From assembly GCA_021613535.1 (NCBI GenBank), contig CP075496.1, forward strand, positions 6,820,001 through 6,884,000: 64,000 nucleotides of DNA, read 5' to 3'. A model generated the notes under the pieces. It did no database searches. It was not told where the DNA came from and saw only the letters and a list, made by a program, of their open reading frames with translations. The stretch's first letter is position 1. The number at the start of each line of letters is the position of its first letter. Positions 27,875 through 40,328 of the stretch are shown here, piece after piece. The position numbers and the translations under genes were made by a program. This stretch comes from Adineta vaga (lineage: Eukaryota; Animalia; Rotifera).

Positions 27875-28250
27875 TCATACATCATATCCAGCTCTTCTCA
27901 ATGCTACAGCGACTGGACATACCTTAATACATAGAAGAAGATTATATTCATTGATCTATTTTACTATATCATACCCAACTATCTTCAATTATATTCTGTG
28001 TTTTATCAATATTGTTTTGTGTGATAGTTACATCTTCAAATTTGTTCTTTTGTTTAGATTGAATTGATCGATTTTGTGAATCAGCTGATGAATTTTCTTT
28101 AGAAAATAGCTTATGATTTGAAGGATTATCTGTCGTTCGAGAGGTACTTGTTTTTGGTGTCAATAAAGATTCGATAAAAGTACTCGTAGTTACAGCCAAA
28201 TCATTTTCACTTGGTACTTTTCTTTGACGAAGTCGTTTAGGTGCTGACAT
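27875..28250 (-). CDS. Small orphan protein (~107 aa), 2 exons
   Basis: MSAPKRLRQRKV...IIEDSW, then a 52-nt GT-AG intron (27923-27974), then VCPVAVALRRAGYDV-stop. Confidence 0.55.
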
Positions 28251-28985
28251 TGTGTGTCTGGAGATGTTATTAATTTCGACAAAAACTAGGAAAAAAAACG
28301 ATGAGAGACATGACAAAAACAAATAGAAATTATTAGTTAGTTGCTATGCAATAAATTTCAACAGATAAAATGTAAGAAAGTATCAACAATGTAATAGTTG
28401 TCGAAGTTTGAAAAATTCTTCATCAATGAATGATTACAAGAAGAAATCAATCTGGACTACTACCAAAAACTTGTTTGGAATAATGAAAATTCTTCACTTT
28501 TTATAAGATCGTATGATTAAGACACTAGTGAAGAAAAGTTTCTTTAATTATGTTATCTCCAAGTATTACTTCGATATTTTTGGAATTAAGAAAACAAATT
28601 TCTTTATCAATCTATCTGTATTGATATTAGAAATAGATTTGAAAATACGAAATTTACTTTGAAATATTTTTGTTGATAGAACTATTAAATATCCGATTAT
28701 ATGATGTCATTCTTTATCTCTGTTTTTTGCGTTCTCAAAGTGTAATTTATCTGTAGTACGATTAAGCTATTTTTACGTCGTTTATTTGCAAAACACGTCA
28801 AGTGTTTCTATTTATAATAAAAATGCATGATTACAATTCAAATATTTACCAATATCTCGTGTTTCAAAATCGATACTGACTCTTACACAACCCACACAAA
28901 ATTGTATTGTAACTTGTACTTCTTGATTGTTTATCTGTTATATGTTTATTAAAGGTTTAAAAAAAGCTGAGATTCATCAAAGAAA

Positions 28986-30769
28986 TTAAACAGGTAATAC
29001 TCGAGAAGATGTTCCTTGAGAAATATTTGAAATCCAACGGTAACCAAATAAATAATTCGTAAAGAATTTTATTTTTGCATTAAATGCTGCTTGATTGCGA
29101 CTATAAACATTGAGATAAATACCAAAGATAACAATTAAACCAGACCAAACATAACTACGAAAGAAAAAAAGAAGTAAATATTATTATGAAATATGTGTAA
29201 AATATTCTACTCGAAAATAAATGGTTTGGAAAAAAGTAAAAACGATAAGATGATTGTTATTGCTTTTCGACATGTTGTTACTGTAACACAGATCAATGCA
29301 CCATATTCTTTGATTAATGTTAAGACAATATCAATGCCGAAATAACCAAAGACAGAGAAAATTAAAGAATATCCATATGTTTGTCCAGGATGCTAAAAGA
29401 TATATCTATTTTATCGACAAATAAATAGTAATATGATCATTGGAAAGAAGATAAGAACTATCTTATACAGATTACGATAAACTCAATCAAGGTAAAACAG
29501 AGATATGCTATTTTCTATGACTTAAATAACCATTTTCAATTAGTATAATAGATACAGATAGTTTAATTATATCTAAAATAAAACATCAAACCTGATTCCA
29601 AAATGCCACACTTGAAAATAAATTGTTTGTTAACAAGAGACCAAAGAAAACCATCAAGAATCCAAACATAAAACTATAGAAAACCTAGAAAAATTCCTCA
29701 TAGAAATCATCGTTTATTTCTCTTCATCTTCCTCTCCTCTCACCATTTCAACATTTGGAACATTATGCAATTTCATAATTTTCTCTTGATAATTACCAAT
29801 AATAGCATCAGCAGCAAGAGCCGAACAAATAATGAATACACCTAAACAATTCTATCATATAAAAATTCTTTTTCTTCATTCTTATACCATATGTATTAAA
29901 ATTTGGTTGAACTTTTGAATCTGCCAATGTAAAAAATATCAATCCAATTGACATACAAATCGCCGCAGCTACATCATAACGATTGAATGTTTTCTCTGTA
30001 TGAAAAATAGACAGCACACAATCAATCTTTCATCTTAATTTCACATCCTTTACTTTGAATAATAATACCACCGATAAGTACTGGTATTAATTTACAACAC
30101 TTAAACATCACTTGTGTACTATATAAATGAATAGGAAGAAACGAATACATTCAGAGGAAAATTCTTTCTTACGGATAATTCAAATAACCAACTGAATAAT
30201 TTGATAAACCCATTGTACCTAAAGTCATTATAGCAAGAATTATATATGAACGATAACTTGCTCTACGAAAGAAACGAAAAGATATTTTTAAAATAAAATG
30301 TCGAATTAAAATTTGACAAACCTTCTTTGACTTAAACCAACAAAGCCAATTTGACTAAATGAAAGTACACTATAGATTAAGAATTGATAACATGTTAAAA
30401 ACCATGCTGTTTCACTAAAACCTTTCAGTGTAAACAATAGTTCCTTTGAAGAAAAAAATCAGATTCAATAGTATTTAAAAAGAAATTTACTTGTAAATAT
30501 GCATAACCAAGATAATATAATAGAACTTGTAAACATAAGCCAAGAAAACGTAATGGATGTTGATAAGGTAATAAAGAATATTGCTGCCAAAGAGATAGTT
30601 TTGAAGTTAGATGTGATACCTGATCGTGTTCCCTTGGTACCGCACTATTTGATTTACTATCACTTGTCGTTGGCAATGAATCAAACTCTGAAATAGACGA
30701 ATAGCATATTCTCATAGTTGTTCTTATTTATGTCAATGTCAAGCAAATCCATTCACCTTGATTATGCAT
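28986..30769 (-). CDS. SLC35B3: PAPS transporter 2 (nucleotide-sugar transporter)
   Basis: Spliced exons give YYLGYAYLQE, TMGLSNYSVGYLNYP, QVMFKCCKLIPVL, FFTLADSKVQPNF, ADAIIGNYQEK and VTVTTCRKAITII. Confidence 0.9.
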
Positions 30770-31534
30770 CTTGATTTATCTCTGTAAATTGCACATCATC
30801 AATTAATATTGTCTATTTTGAACTAAAATCTACAATAGCTATTGATTAAATCTGGTTGCAATCATTTTTAGACAAAGAGAAAAGAAAAACATATATAGTT
30901 ACAAATTATCTTTTCGTTTTTGGAATATCTTCTTTTTTTTTTATTTTTATAATAATTTACCATTCTTTTTTTCTTTTCCTTTTGCTCTTACACACTGAAC
31001 CGTAAAAAAAGGCTTCGTATATATATATACATACATAACACTTGAAGGGCAAGAAAAGCAGTAGAAAAAAAAACATGCGTATGTTACGAATATATAAATA
31101 TATGTATATCAGCTCTAAGGCTCTCAGATCCGGTAGAAATGCTAAAAAATACAGATAGACAACAGAAAATAGACAGAAGAAGAAAAAAGAAAGAACATGA
31201 TTTTTTTATAAAGTTATTTTTCATTTTCATAAGTCGGAACTATACAATACACTGACGATACAACACCAAAAGAAAAGAAAAGAAAAGAAAAGAGGAAAAA
31301 AATGCAATTCGTATGTACACAGATACACTGGTGTAAAAAATGTCAATAGAAAAAAGAAATGAATAAATACAAGGATAAATGTGCATGATTAGAGAGATGT
31401 GAAGATAGAAAAAAAAAGATTGTGGAATGACACGGAAAAAGATTACATGCATTATATATGTAGGTTTTTAGTTTTGTTTACTGTAATACTGAGAAAATAC
31501 AGGGTTAAAGAGTTTTTCTTTTCTCTCTATTTTG

Positions 31535-32468
31535 TTAATGATTGGCACGGGATGGTTGTTGAAGAACAAGTTTAGGTGTACGAGAATAATTTAAACGTTG
31601 TCGTTCGATTATTTTATTGTATGTTTGTTTTGATTCATCAATTTGATTCGTTAAGGTTAATTTCGAGGATGTTTTACCTGATCGTCGTCGACGTTGATGT
31701 ATGCGTTGTAAATGACGATGATGGGCAATCAATGATGATGTAGATGATTCAAGTGGTGATAATGAAGAATTTGTTGAATGACTTAACGATGTAGTTAAAT
31801 TTCGTTGATGAATCGATGAAATATTTGGATGTGGCGATGTATACTAAAGGAAAAAAGATATTCGAGATAAACAAACAAAAACGTCGATAAAACTTACTGG
31901 AAGAACGACAGACGATCGATCATCATCATCATCTGTTCTGATTTCTTCAACTTGTTCATCAAGTTTAGCGTCATTAACAGTTTTTCGATGACGTCTAGCA
32001 CGTGTTCGTGATGCAATTTGCTCGTAAACACTCATACCTAAATCATATAATTTGTTATCAATCAGTTCCACAAAAAAAGCAATTTCATCGATTTCATTCA
32101 CATACTCGCATGTTCGATAAGTAAATTCTCGATTGGATTGAAATGGTGTGTATTTGGTGAAGATGATCTATTGATTGATGGCGATTGATCAGTTCTCATT
32201 AAAGGTGGAGATGCAATCCAACTATTTGTCATTATACTATTTTTATCATTTGGTGAAGTTATATTTGATTCTACAACTATTCAAAAAAAGAAAAGAACGA
32301 TTAGTAGATGAATTGATTTTTAATGAAAAAAGAAAACTAACCAGTATCTGAAACGAATACCCAGCCATCTTCATCAATCGTTGAATCTGATGAATATCGA
32401 GTTTTATTATGTGTAGATGTTGATGATGGCATTGGTTTCGACCATAATGATGTGAGGACTTTATACAT
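31535..32468 (-). CDS. DOR: TP53INP/DOR family autophagy regulator, 4 coding exons
   Basis: LIR-type DEDGWVFV, MTNSWIASPP and the DOR box NPIENLLIEHASMSVY (split by an intron); basic C-terminus ending LQQPSRANH. Confidence 0.85.
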
Positions 32469-33201
32469 TTTATGACCTTGAAATAAAGGAGAAAAATAGA
32501 GGATATACATATAGTTAAATGAAAAAGAAAAAAAAACACAAACGAGATATAATCAACTTGATGTTGTTGCTGTTACTATTGTTGAAGATAGAAAGGAATC
32601 ATTCATTGTTTTTGTCTTAACCGATGGTATATACAAAATGTCGGTTGTATGTGCGATATAGTTGAGAATGAGAAGAAAATATCTGCGTTTCTAGCAATGA
32701 TAGTTGACGCGGGCACGAGAAAAATGCGCTAAGCAAGCAAGAAAACGACAAGATTGTCGATCAAATAATTACGCGTCGAGTTGGAGGAAAGAAAAAAAAT
32801 TGTCAGACTCAATCTCATCATCTAACCCATACGCTGCTTGCATGCCAAGATCACATGGCTGATTGACCTATGCTTGTCAAAGTTGAACCAATAAAAATTA
32901 TTTCTAATATTTTAATCATTGATTTGTTAGAAATTTAAAGCCTATTTATTGATTTAATAGTTACAAACACAAATATTTTTTGACCTAACTATAATTTGCA
33001 GCGACATCTATGGAAAATAAGATATTTTACTGAAATTAAATTCCAAACTAATTATTTAAGAAAGAAAAATTATAGTAAAGAAGTTTTTCAAAGTATAAAC
33101 TCCTCTTTTCTGACTAATCATTTTCATTGGTTTGGAAATTGAGCCAATAATGATAAAAATGAATATTTCTTCTGTTTAAAAATTAAATTCAAAAAGAAAC
33201 G

Positions 33202-34180
33202 ATGGATCCAGCCCAACTTTTAGGTTCACAAAATCGTTCATTTCCATCATTAGAATATGTTCTTCAAGGTAGTATTCAAGATGATCATGTTCCTTTATTA
33301 AAAGCTCGTTTGCAAGGATTATGTGATAATATTACTGGTTAGTTTCATTCTTTTTCATAGAAAAAAATTCATTCAAATGCAAATATTCTATCGTTTAGGT
33401 GAAGTTGAACAATTTGATGATCATGAAGTCGTTTATACACTACGTATTCCTTCAGCATCAAATGTATCGTTACGTGTTCGTTATGCTCTTGATGATTTAC
33501 CGAATTCAATCTATCATTTACGTTATGTTGCTTCGGCTGAATTAGATAAAAGTCCAAATGTTAGTGTACGACAATTTCATGATTGTTGTGTAACGAAGAA
33601 TATTCAAGCATTCTTGCAAGAACTTGGCTTTGCTCATGATTATGAATATTACGCAAAAGGTGATATCTATCGAAAAGGAAGAATAAAAATAACTGTGGCA
33701 AAAATTTCAACAGTAAATATCATTTGCTTTTGAATTCTTTCATACAAAAGAATTTATAATAGATAAACAAGGAATTCTGTTTAAAAGTGATGAGAGAAAG
33801 ATTTGAACGTGTTTTTTACAGGATCTTCCCAATCTGATATATATTCGACTTTCATCAAATTTCAATTATATTTCTATTTAGCCACCTGAACGAAATCGTA
33901 ATGATATGAATCCGATGGTGAATCGTCGATTATTTACAAATTCCTGCTTTGTTGAAATGTCATTGATTGGATCGATGCATGATGTAAAACTTTTCTTTTA
34001 TATTTCATTTTCAAAACCATTTTCTTCTATTGAATAGGATAAAGTCGGAGATGAAATGAAATCATTTGCTGAACAACTTAAACCGTGAGTTTTTTGAATA
34101 AATATTGATATATTCAAGCTTTCTCTTTTGGTTCTTCTTCTAGATTGATATCTCTCGAAAAGATTGATCAAAAACGTTAA
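33202..34180 (+). CDS. MED18: Mediator complex subunit 18
   Basis: EYVLQGSI...LKARLQGLCDN, FDDHEVVY, FLQELGF...KGDIYRKGRIKITVAKI and FAEQLKPLISLEKIDQKR. Confidence 0.92.
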
Positions 34181-34553
34181 TTTAATTTATTCATACTTTT
34201 TTGTCTCATGTTCATCTGTAAAAAGATTTAAAAATTTATTTTGTATTTCAGATAATATAAATTTGAGTTGATATTTACGCAACAAGTGATTTCGTAAGTA
34301 AAAATATATTTGCATTTAGTTTTTAATCAGCTGCACTAATTATTTCTTAGCTATATAAGATCTAAGTTATAGATAGAACGAATATCTGTATGTACAGAGA
34401 AACTCACTAGATTCACATAAATGTTTATTTCACTGTATACAATGGTAAAATCGATTTTGATTACAGCATAGATTATTGATTATCTAGGTTTTTAATGAGA
34501 TCATTTTTTCTGAACATGTTTGAAAAATAATATAAAACATGGCTTTATTTTAA

Positions 34554-35603
34554 GGAAGTGGCTATGTGCACCCAGGTGTACATAGTCAAGTGGCTATGTA
34601 CACCCGAGTACACATAGCCACATGACTATATGCACCCAGCTACATATAATAGACTGGTCAGCATAAATCAAGCATTATAATAAAATTGGTATACAAAAAT
34701 CAACTTAATTTAAATAAGGAACAACTATTTTGCAAAAATTTCTAGTATAATCTGTCCAAAAAGTTCGTTTGGGTGAATGTTTTGTTTTATAAATAATTCG
34801 AGAACGCAAACAACTAGGGATCTGCAGGTTTCATCAAATGAAAGAGAGGGAATTATGATATCTTTTTCTATGATATTTTGTAGGATAAAGCTCTTCTGAA
34901 ACTCATCGTCGCCGAAAAACATGAAGAAAGAATGCATCTAAGTGACTTGTAATCTATGATTCAGGATATAATGCTCTTTCTCACCTTTCACAACATTTTC
35001 ATTGCAATATTTACTTGTTACGATAAAAAATGTGAAAATGTGATGAAATATCAGTCCAAAACCCTATTATTTGTGTATCCACATACGCGATTTTGTTTGG
35101 TCAACGTTACGTCGGAATAAGATAACCATTTGTATTGTATCCTGAATCATAGATTTCGAATCTGTCTTTCTAAATCAAAGACTGTAATTGAAACTACATG
35201 TCGATTACAAGTCACTTAGATGCATTCTTTCTTCATGTTTTTCGGCGACGATGAATTTCAGAAGAGCTTTATCTTACAAAATATCATAGAAAAAGATATC
35301 ATAATTCCCTCTCTTTCATTTGATGAAACCTGCAGATCTCTAGTTGTTTGCGTTCTCGAATTATTTATAAAACAAAACATTCACCCAAACGAACTTTTTG
35401 GACAGATTATACTAGAAATTTTTGCAAAATAGTTGTTCCTTATTTAAATTAAGTTGATTTTTGTATACCAATTTTATTATAATGCTTGATTTATGCTGAC
35501 CAGTCTATTATATGTAGCTGGGTGCATATAGTCATGTGGCTATGTGTACTCGGGTGTACATAGCCACTTGACTATGTACACTTGAGTGCACAGAGCCACT
35601 TCT
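34554..35603. mobile_element. Non-autonomous foldback/Mutator-like DNA transposon with 401-bp TIRs and a 9-10 bp TSD
   Basis: 34554-34954 is the near-perfect reverse complement of 35203-35603 (7 mismatches by eye). Flanked by the direct repeat TTATTTTAA (34545-34553 and 35604-35612). No transposase. Confidence 0.9.
34558..34648. repeat. Three ~32-bp palindromic subterminal repeats in the left TIR (mirrored at ~35509-35599)
   Basis: Units such as GTGGCTATGTACACCCGAGTACACATAGCCAC are repeated in tandem, each self-complementary. Confidence 0.8.
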
Positions 35604-35643
35604 TTATTTTAAATATATTTTGATTTCATTTTAGATATTCATC

Positions 35644-37438
35644 ATGAGTAATACAGATTCATTTGCTATTGGTAAGTCATCGAATGAGTATCTTTATCGA
35701 ATATTTCTATCAACGAATTTTATCATGGATGAATACTTTACACCAGTCATTTTCGATAGAAGTTGTCAGTTTATGTTGAAAAAGAATGATATAAATTCAG
35801 ATTTCGAATAAGATATGAGAAGAACGATTAAACTGTGGTGATATCTGAAACAAAGTTGATTAATAAGAATTCGTTATTCTTGATCCTTTTATTAATTATT
35901 TTAGTTCATTTTCCTCAAAATCCTAAAATAACAGCCGAAGATATGCTCGATATACAGTTTGATACATCTACAACAACTATTAAAACAGCTGATTTAACAT
36001 ATGAAGGTCATAGTACAAAATCATCTGATTTATGTGGTATTCTTGGATTTGTTGATGATCAAGGACATATTCATCTCTCATCAAATTTTGATCTATATAC
36101 AATGCGTCCAAAACTAACGGATTTTAATGTGACATTAGCACAAAACTTGAATATCGACGATAATAAACTTAATGTAAGAGATATTTCTATCAAAAAAAAA
36201 CTAAACTAAACTTTTTTTTATTTAAGAGAAATGATTTGGATGAAAAATTTGGAACAGAGAAAAAACGTCGTTCCGTACATTCAAAAAAGCGTAATACTAT
36301 TGAAGCCAATGTTCTTGAAACAGCTGTATCAGCTGCACGTGAACAAGTAGTTAATATCAATGAAGAACAATTAAATGAAAGTTTAAATAATAATAATAAT
36401 TCAATCATATCGCTTGATAATGATGAACAAATGGCCATACCAAAACCAAATTATGATGCAGAAAAGCCTGGAGATGTTTTTCATCTCGATGATAGTTCGT
36501 ATTGAAAATGAATTTTGTCGTGTTGACTTTTTTTCTCATTGAATAGTTATTAATCAAAATGATTTATCATCATTAAACGATAAATGTAATGAAATTGTTG
36601 ATGCAACTAAAGAAATTATACAAAAATGGTCAAAAGAAGGCACTTATACAGCATTTGTATGCGATCAAATGAAGAAATTACCTGTCAATCATGCAGAACG
36701 AATATTATGTGCATCGAAAATTCTCTATTTACATTATTTAATTACGTTTTTTAAACGTTCAGTCTTTAAACGTTTAACTGGAAGTAAGTTTTCATTGATA
36801 AATCACATCTTAAGAGCTTTAGTTTATTAATATAGAACCATTTCCCGATGATGCACCACGGACCTTACAAGATAAAGCATTACATGTGTATGCTGTAGCT
36901 AATATTAATGAACGTACACGAAAACAAGACAAGTAAGAAGATTTTCTAGAGAAAAGAATTCAATTAAATTTAAATTAAGATAGATCATATTGATCGTAAT
37001 ACTCATATAGCTAAAAGAACTTGTTAGATTCACTATTTTAGATCTTATTGTAATATTTCCGTTAAATTTGATAATGTCAGTCTATTATTCATCATTATTT
37101 TTAGTACTGTTCCACCACGTCTTCGATTAAAATTAACGGCACATATATGCATTCTATCGTTGTATATTTGTCAATTTACGGTGGATATCGATAGTTTACG
37201 TTCGTCACTTGGTAGTTCAACATCATTACTAAAGTAAATTCAAATCTTTGTCATCTAGACAAATCGAATATTTGTCATTTCATAATTTAGATTACAAGAT
37301 ATCTTTACTGAACTTGGTTGCAAAATCATAAAAGTAGCACATACAAGTGTTGCTAGACTTGAAACTCCTATGACTAAACCAAAAATAAAAGATACATTAT
37401 CTACTGGATCGAATCGAAAACGAAAACGAACAACTTAG
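35644..37438 (+). CDS. POLR1E: RNA polymerase I subunit RPA49/PAF53
   Basis: Multi-exon. RNDLDEKFGTEKKRR, IPKPNYDAEKPGDVFHLDD, KLTAHICILSL and FTELGCKI match the A49 family; ends RKRKRTT. Confidence 0.8.
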
Positions 37439-37514
37439 ATTGTTCATTTGTGTGTGTGAATGATTACTGTTTTGTTTTTTGTTTTAGATTTTCTATCTTT
37501 AAAAAAAAAGAATT

Positions 37515-39919
37515 ATGGTCAATGTCAGTTTAATCGAAGCTATTCTTCGCGAACAAGATAATCCTGGGTATGTTACATTTATTCTATCATCATGAAAGAA
37601 ATATTCATCATTTATCTCTTATATAGTCTTTCCACAACACGCCAAATTCGAGAATTATATAATGCACGTTCAGGTGATGATGCAATTATTCAACATTCAG
37701 ATGAAGATAAGAGATTTCAAAAATTACTTCTACAAGCACTCGAAGTAACATCTTAACTTTACCTTGATGAAATATTCTTTGTTACATTATTAGACAATGC
37801 CAGTTCCTGAAGATGATGATGATGATAATGAAGATGATGATAAACCTATATTATACACAGTGAAATTAAAGGATAGTGATGAAAGTATCACACCAACAAT
37901 GAAGAACAAAGTGAAAGTGATGATTCATCAAGTGATTCAGAAAAAACGTCAGCAGCAACAACATCAGTTCATACAAACAAACCATTTTCTCCATTGTTTT
38001 TAAACAATATGAAAAAATTTGGTGTATCATCAGATTGGCTTGCAAAAAGATCTAATTCATTACGTCAAACAGCATATTCACTTTCATCAGTTAAATCCAA
38101 TACAAGTAAACTAGATGCAATGATCAAAAGTGCTTCAGCTAAACCAATACGATCCAATCGAAAGTTATCATTTGTTGAACCAACCAAGATGGAAACAGAC
38201 AAAGAAAACACTGATCCATCAAGTGAAACAAATGATAAAAAAGACGAAGAAGAAGAAGGAGAAGAAATAAAAGATGTAACAAAAGCATCAGCAGCAGCTA
38301 CATCACGTAAATGTCTTTTATCTTAGCTTAATTGTGAACATAATATTGTATATATATATATATATATATTACTTTTTAGACGATCTTAGTAGTGAAATAG
38401 ATGAAGATGAAGATAAAGATATTGAAATGTCACCATCATCGAGAGATTTTTCACTTCGTATTCCACGTATTGATCTTCCAGTTGGAGAAAATAAACGTTC
38501 GTCAAAACGATCCAATTCATCTGTATCTTTAGCATCGAATGAAGAAGTCAAACCAGAGAAACCGAAACAAAAACGAGGAAGCAAAAAAGAAACGACAACG
38601 AAGAAAGTAATTGCCAAAAAATCATCAAAGAAGACAAGTAAAGATGATATAAAAGCTTCACCCGACAAAAAAGAAGATGATGGAACAACGAAAATGGATG
38701 ACACGAAAGATACATCAGACAAAGATGAACAAAGTAAACGTTTATCAAAACGATCGAATTCTTCTGTATCCTTATCATCGAATGAAGAAGTTCAACCAGA
38801 AAAACCCAAACAAAAACGAAGAAGCAAAAAAGAAACGACAACAGCAACAAAGAAAGAAATTAGCAAAAGATCATCGAAGAAGAAGAGTAAAAATGATGAA
38901 ACAACAAAAATCGATGATACGAAAGATACATCGGACAAAGACGAAGAAGATGAATCAACAAATGCTGATGATGTGAAAGATACATCAGAAAAAGATGAAC
39001 AAAGTAAACGTCTATCAAAACGATCCAATTCATCTGTATCTTTAGCATCGAATGAAGAAGTCAAACCAGAGAAACCGAAACAAAAACGAAGAAGCAAAAA
39101 AGAAACGACAACGAAGAAAGTAATTGCCAAAAAATCATCAAAGAAGACAAGTAAAGATGATATAAAAGCTTCACCCGACAAAAAAGAAGATGATGGAACA
39201 ACGAAAATCGATGATACGAAAGATACATCGGACAAAGACGAGGAAGATGAATCAACAAACGCTGATGATGTGAAGGATATATTTGAAAAAGATGACGAAG
39301 ATAAATCAACGAAAGGTGATGATATAAAACAGTCAACGGAAAAGAAAGATAAAGCTGGGCAAGAACAATCACGTATTGAACATTTGAAAAAATTACTTCG
39401 TATTTCTGGCATTCGGCTTATGATTAAAAAATCAGAATTAGATGAATTATCATCACACAAAGCTAGAATTAAATATCTTAAATCACTTTTCGATAAAGCT
39501 GGCTATACTGGTTAGATATATAAACTATTTTGTTTTCTCTCTCCTATGGTATGTATTTTATCTTTAGGTAGCATATCAATAAAAGATTGTCAGAAATTTC
39601 GTAAGAAGCGTGATGCAGAAAAAGAATTACTTGATATTCAAGAAAATTCTGTTGCTGTTAAAGGTTAGTCAAGATGATCTACATTTGTTATCATTTAATT
39701 AGATGCTTTATAGGATTTGTCAAAGGTGGTCGAACATTACGGGGCCAAGGTCGAACCAACGAGGAGTCCGACTTCAATGGTAAACGAAAACGAGTAGCAA
39801 GTAGTGAAGTGGAAGATAATAACAATTCATCGGATGATGACGGTGATAAAAAGCCAGTTGTTAAAAAGCAACGAGTCCTACGAATGGAAGCCTCACCTGA
39901 AGTTAGCGATAATGAATAG
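37515..39919 (+). CDS. HIRIP3: HIRA-interacting protein 3-like histone chaperone with a repetitive charged central region
   Basis: C-terminal RIEHLKKLLRISGI...LFDKAGYTGSISIKDCQKFRKKRDAEKELLDI...GRTLR resembles the HIRIP3 conserved domain. The reading frame shifts near 37885 (see findings). Confidence 0.65.
38492..39290 (+). repeat. Three imperfect coding tandem repeats of ~245-290 bp (A-B-A' pattern)
   Basis: SKRSNSSVSL(A/S)SNEEV(K/Q)PEKPKQKR occurs three times, with near-identical DNA between units 1 and 3. Confidence 0.9.
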
Positions 39920-40328
39920 ATGAACTTTTTTTTTCGGATACGATTTCTAAGACATAATCAACATTGATTAAGATGTCTATATATGTGTGTGTCATTCTTT
40001 ATTCTTTCAATTCAGATCTATATTTTTTTTCGTGCCTATGTACATGTGGATCTTCTATATGTGTAATCAGATTTATTTTTTTTTGTTTTTCTTTTGTTAT
40101 GTTATGTATATGATGTCTCGATTGATAATAGGTAAAAATAAGAGTTAGTTCAGGCTATAAAATAGCATTTTAAATTAATTCAAGTTTCTACTGGTAAATC
40201 TATTCAGATAGACAAGAAATCATCAAGTGACTTTAGTATAGAAGATAGATATAAACTAAATTTCATTGGATCAACTGAACATTTATTAAGGGATAGAACT
40301 AGCTACATAATTTAGAGGCATATCGGGA

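Noticed and set aside
34558-34648. CRISPR-like ~32-bp palindromic repeats
   Set aside because: There are no unique spacers or cas genes, the context is eukaryotic, and the repeats are transposon subterminal repeats.
35672-35903. Possible C/D snoRNA in the 232-nt first intron of RPA49 (GGATGA...CTGA)
   Set aside because: The C box is non-canonical, there is no clear terminal stem, and the rRNA complementarity is short, G-U-rich and not adjacent to the D box.
38369-39460. Long antisense and alternate-frame ORFs over the HIRIP3-like repeat
   Set aside because: These are shadow ORFs caused by the repetitive, T-poor coding strand.
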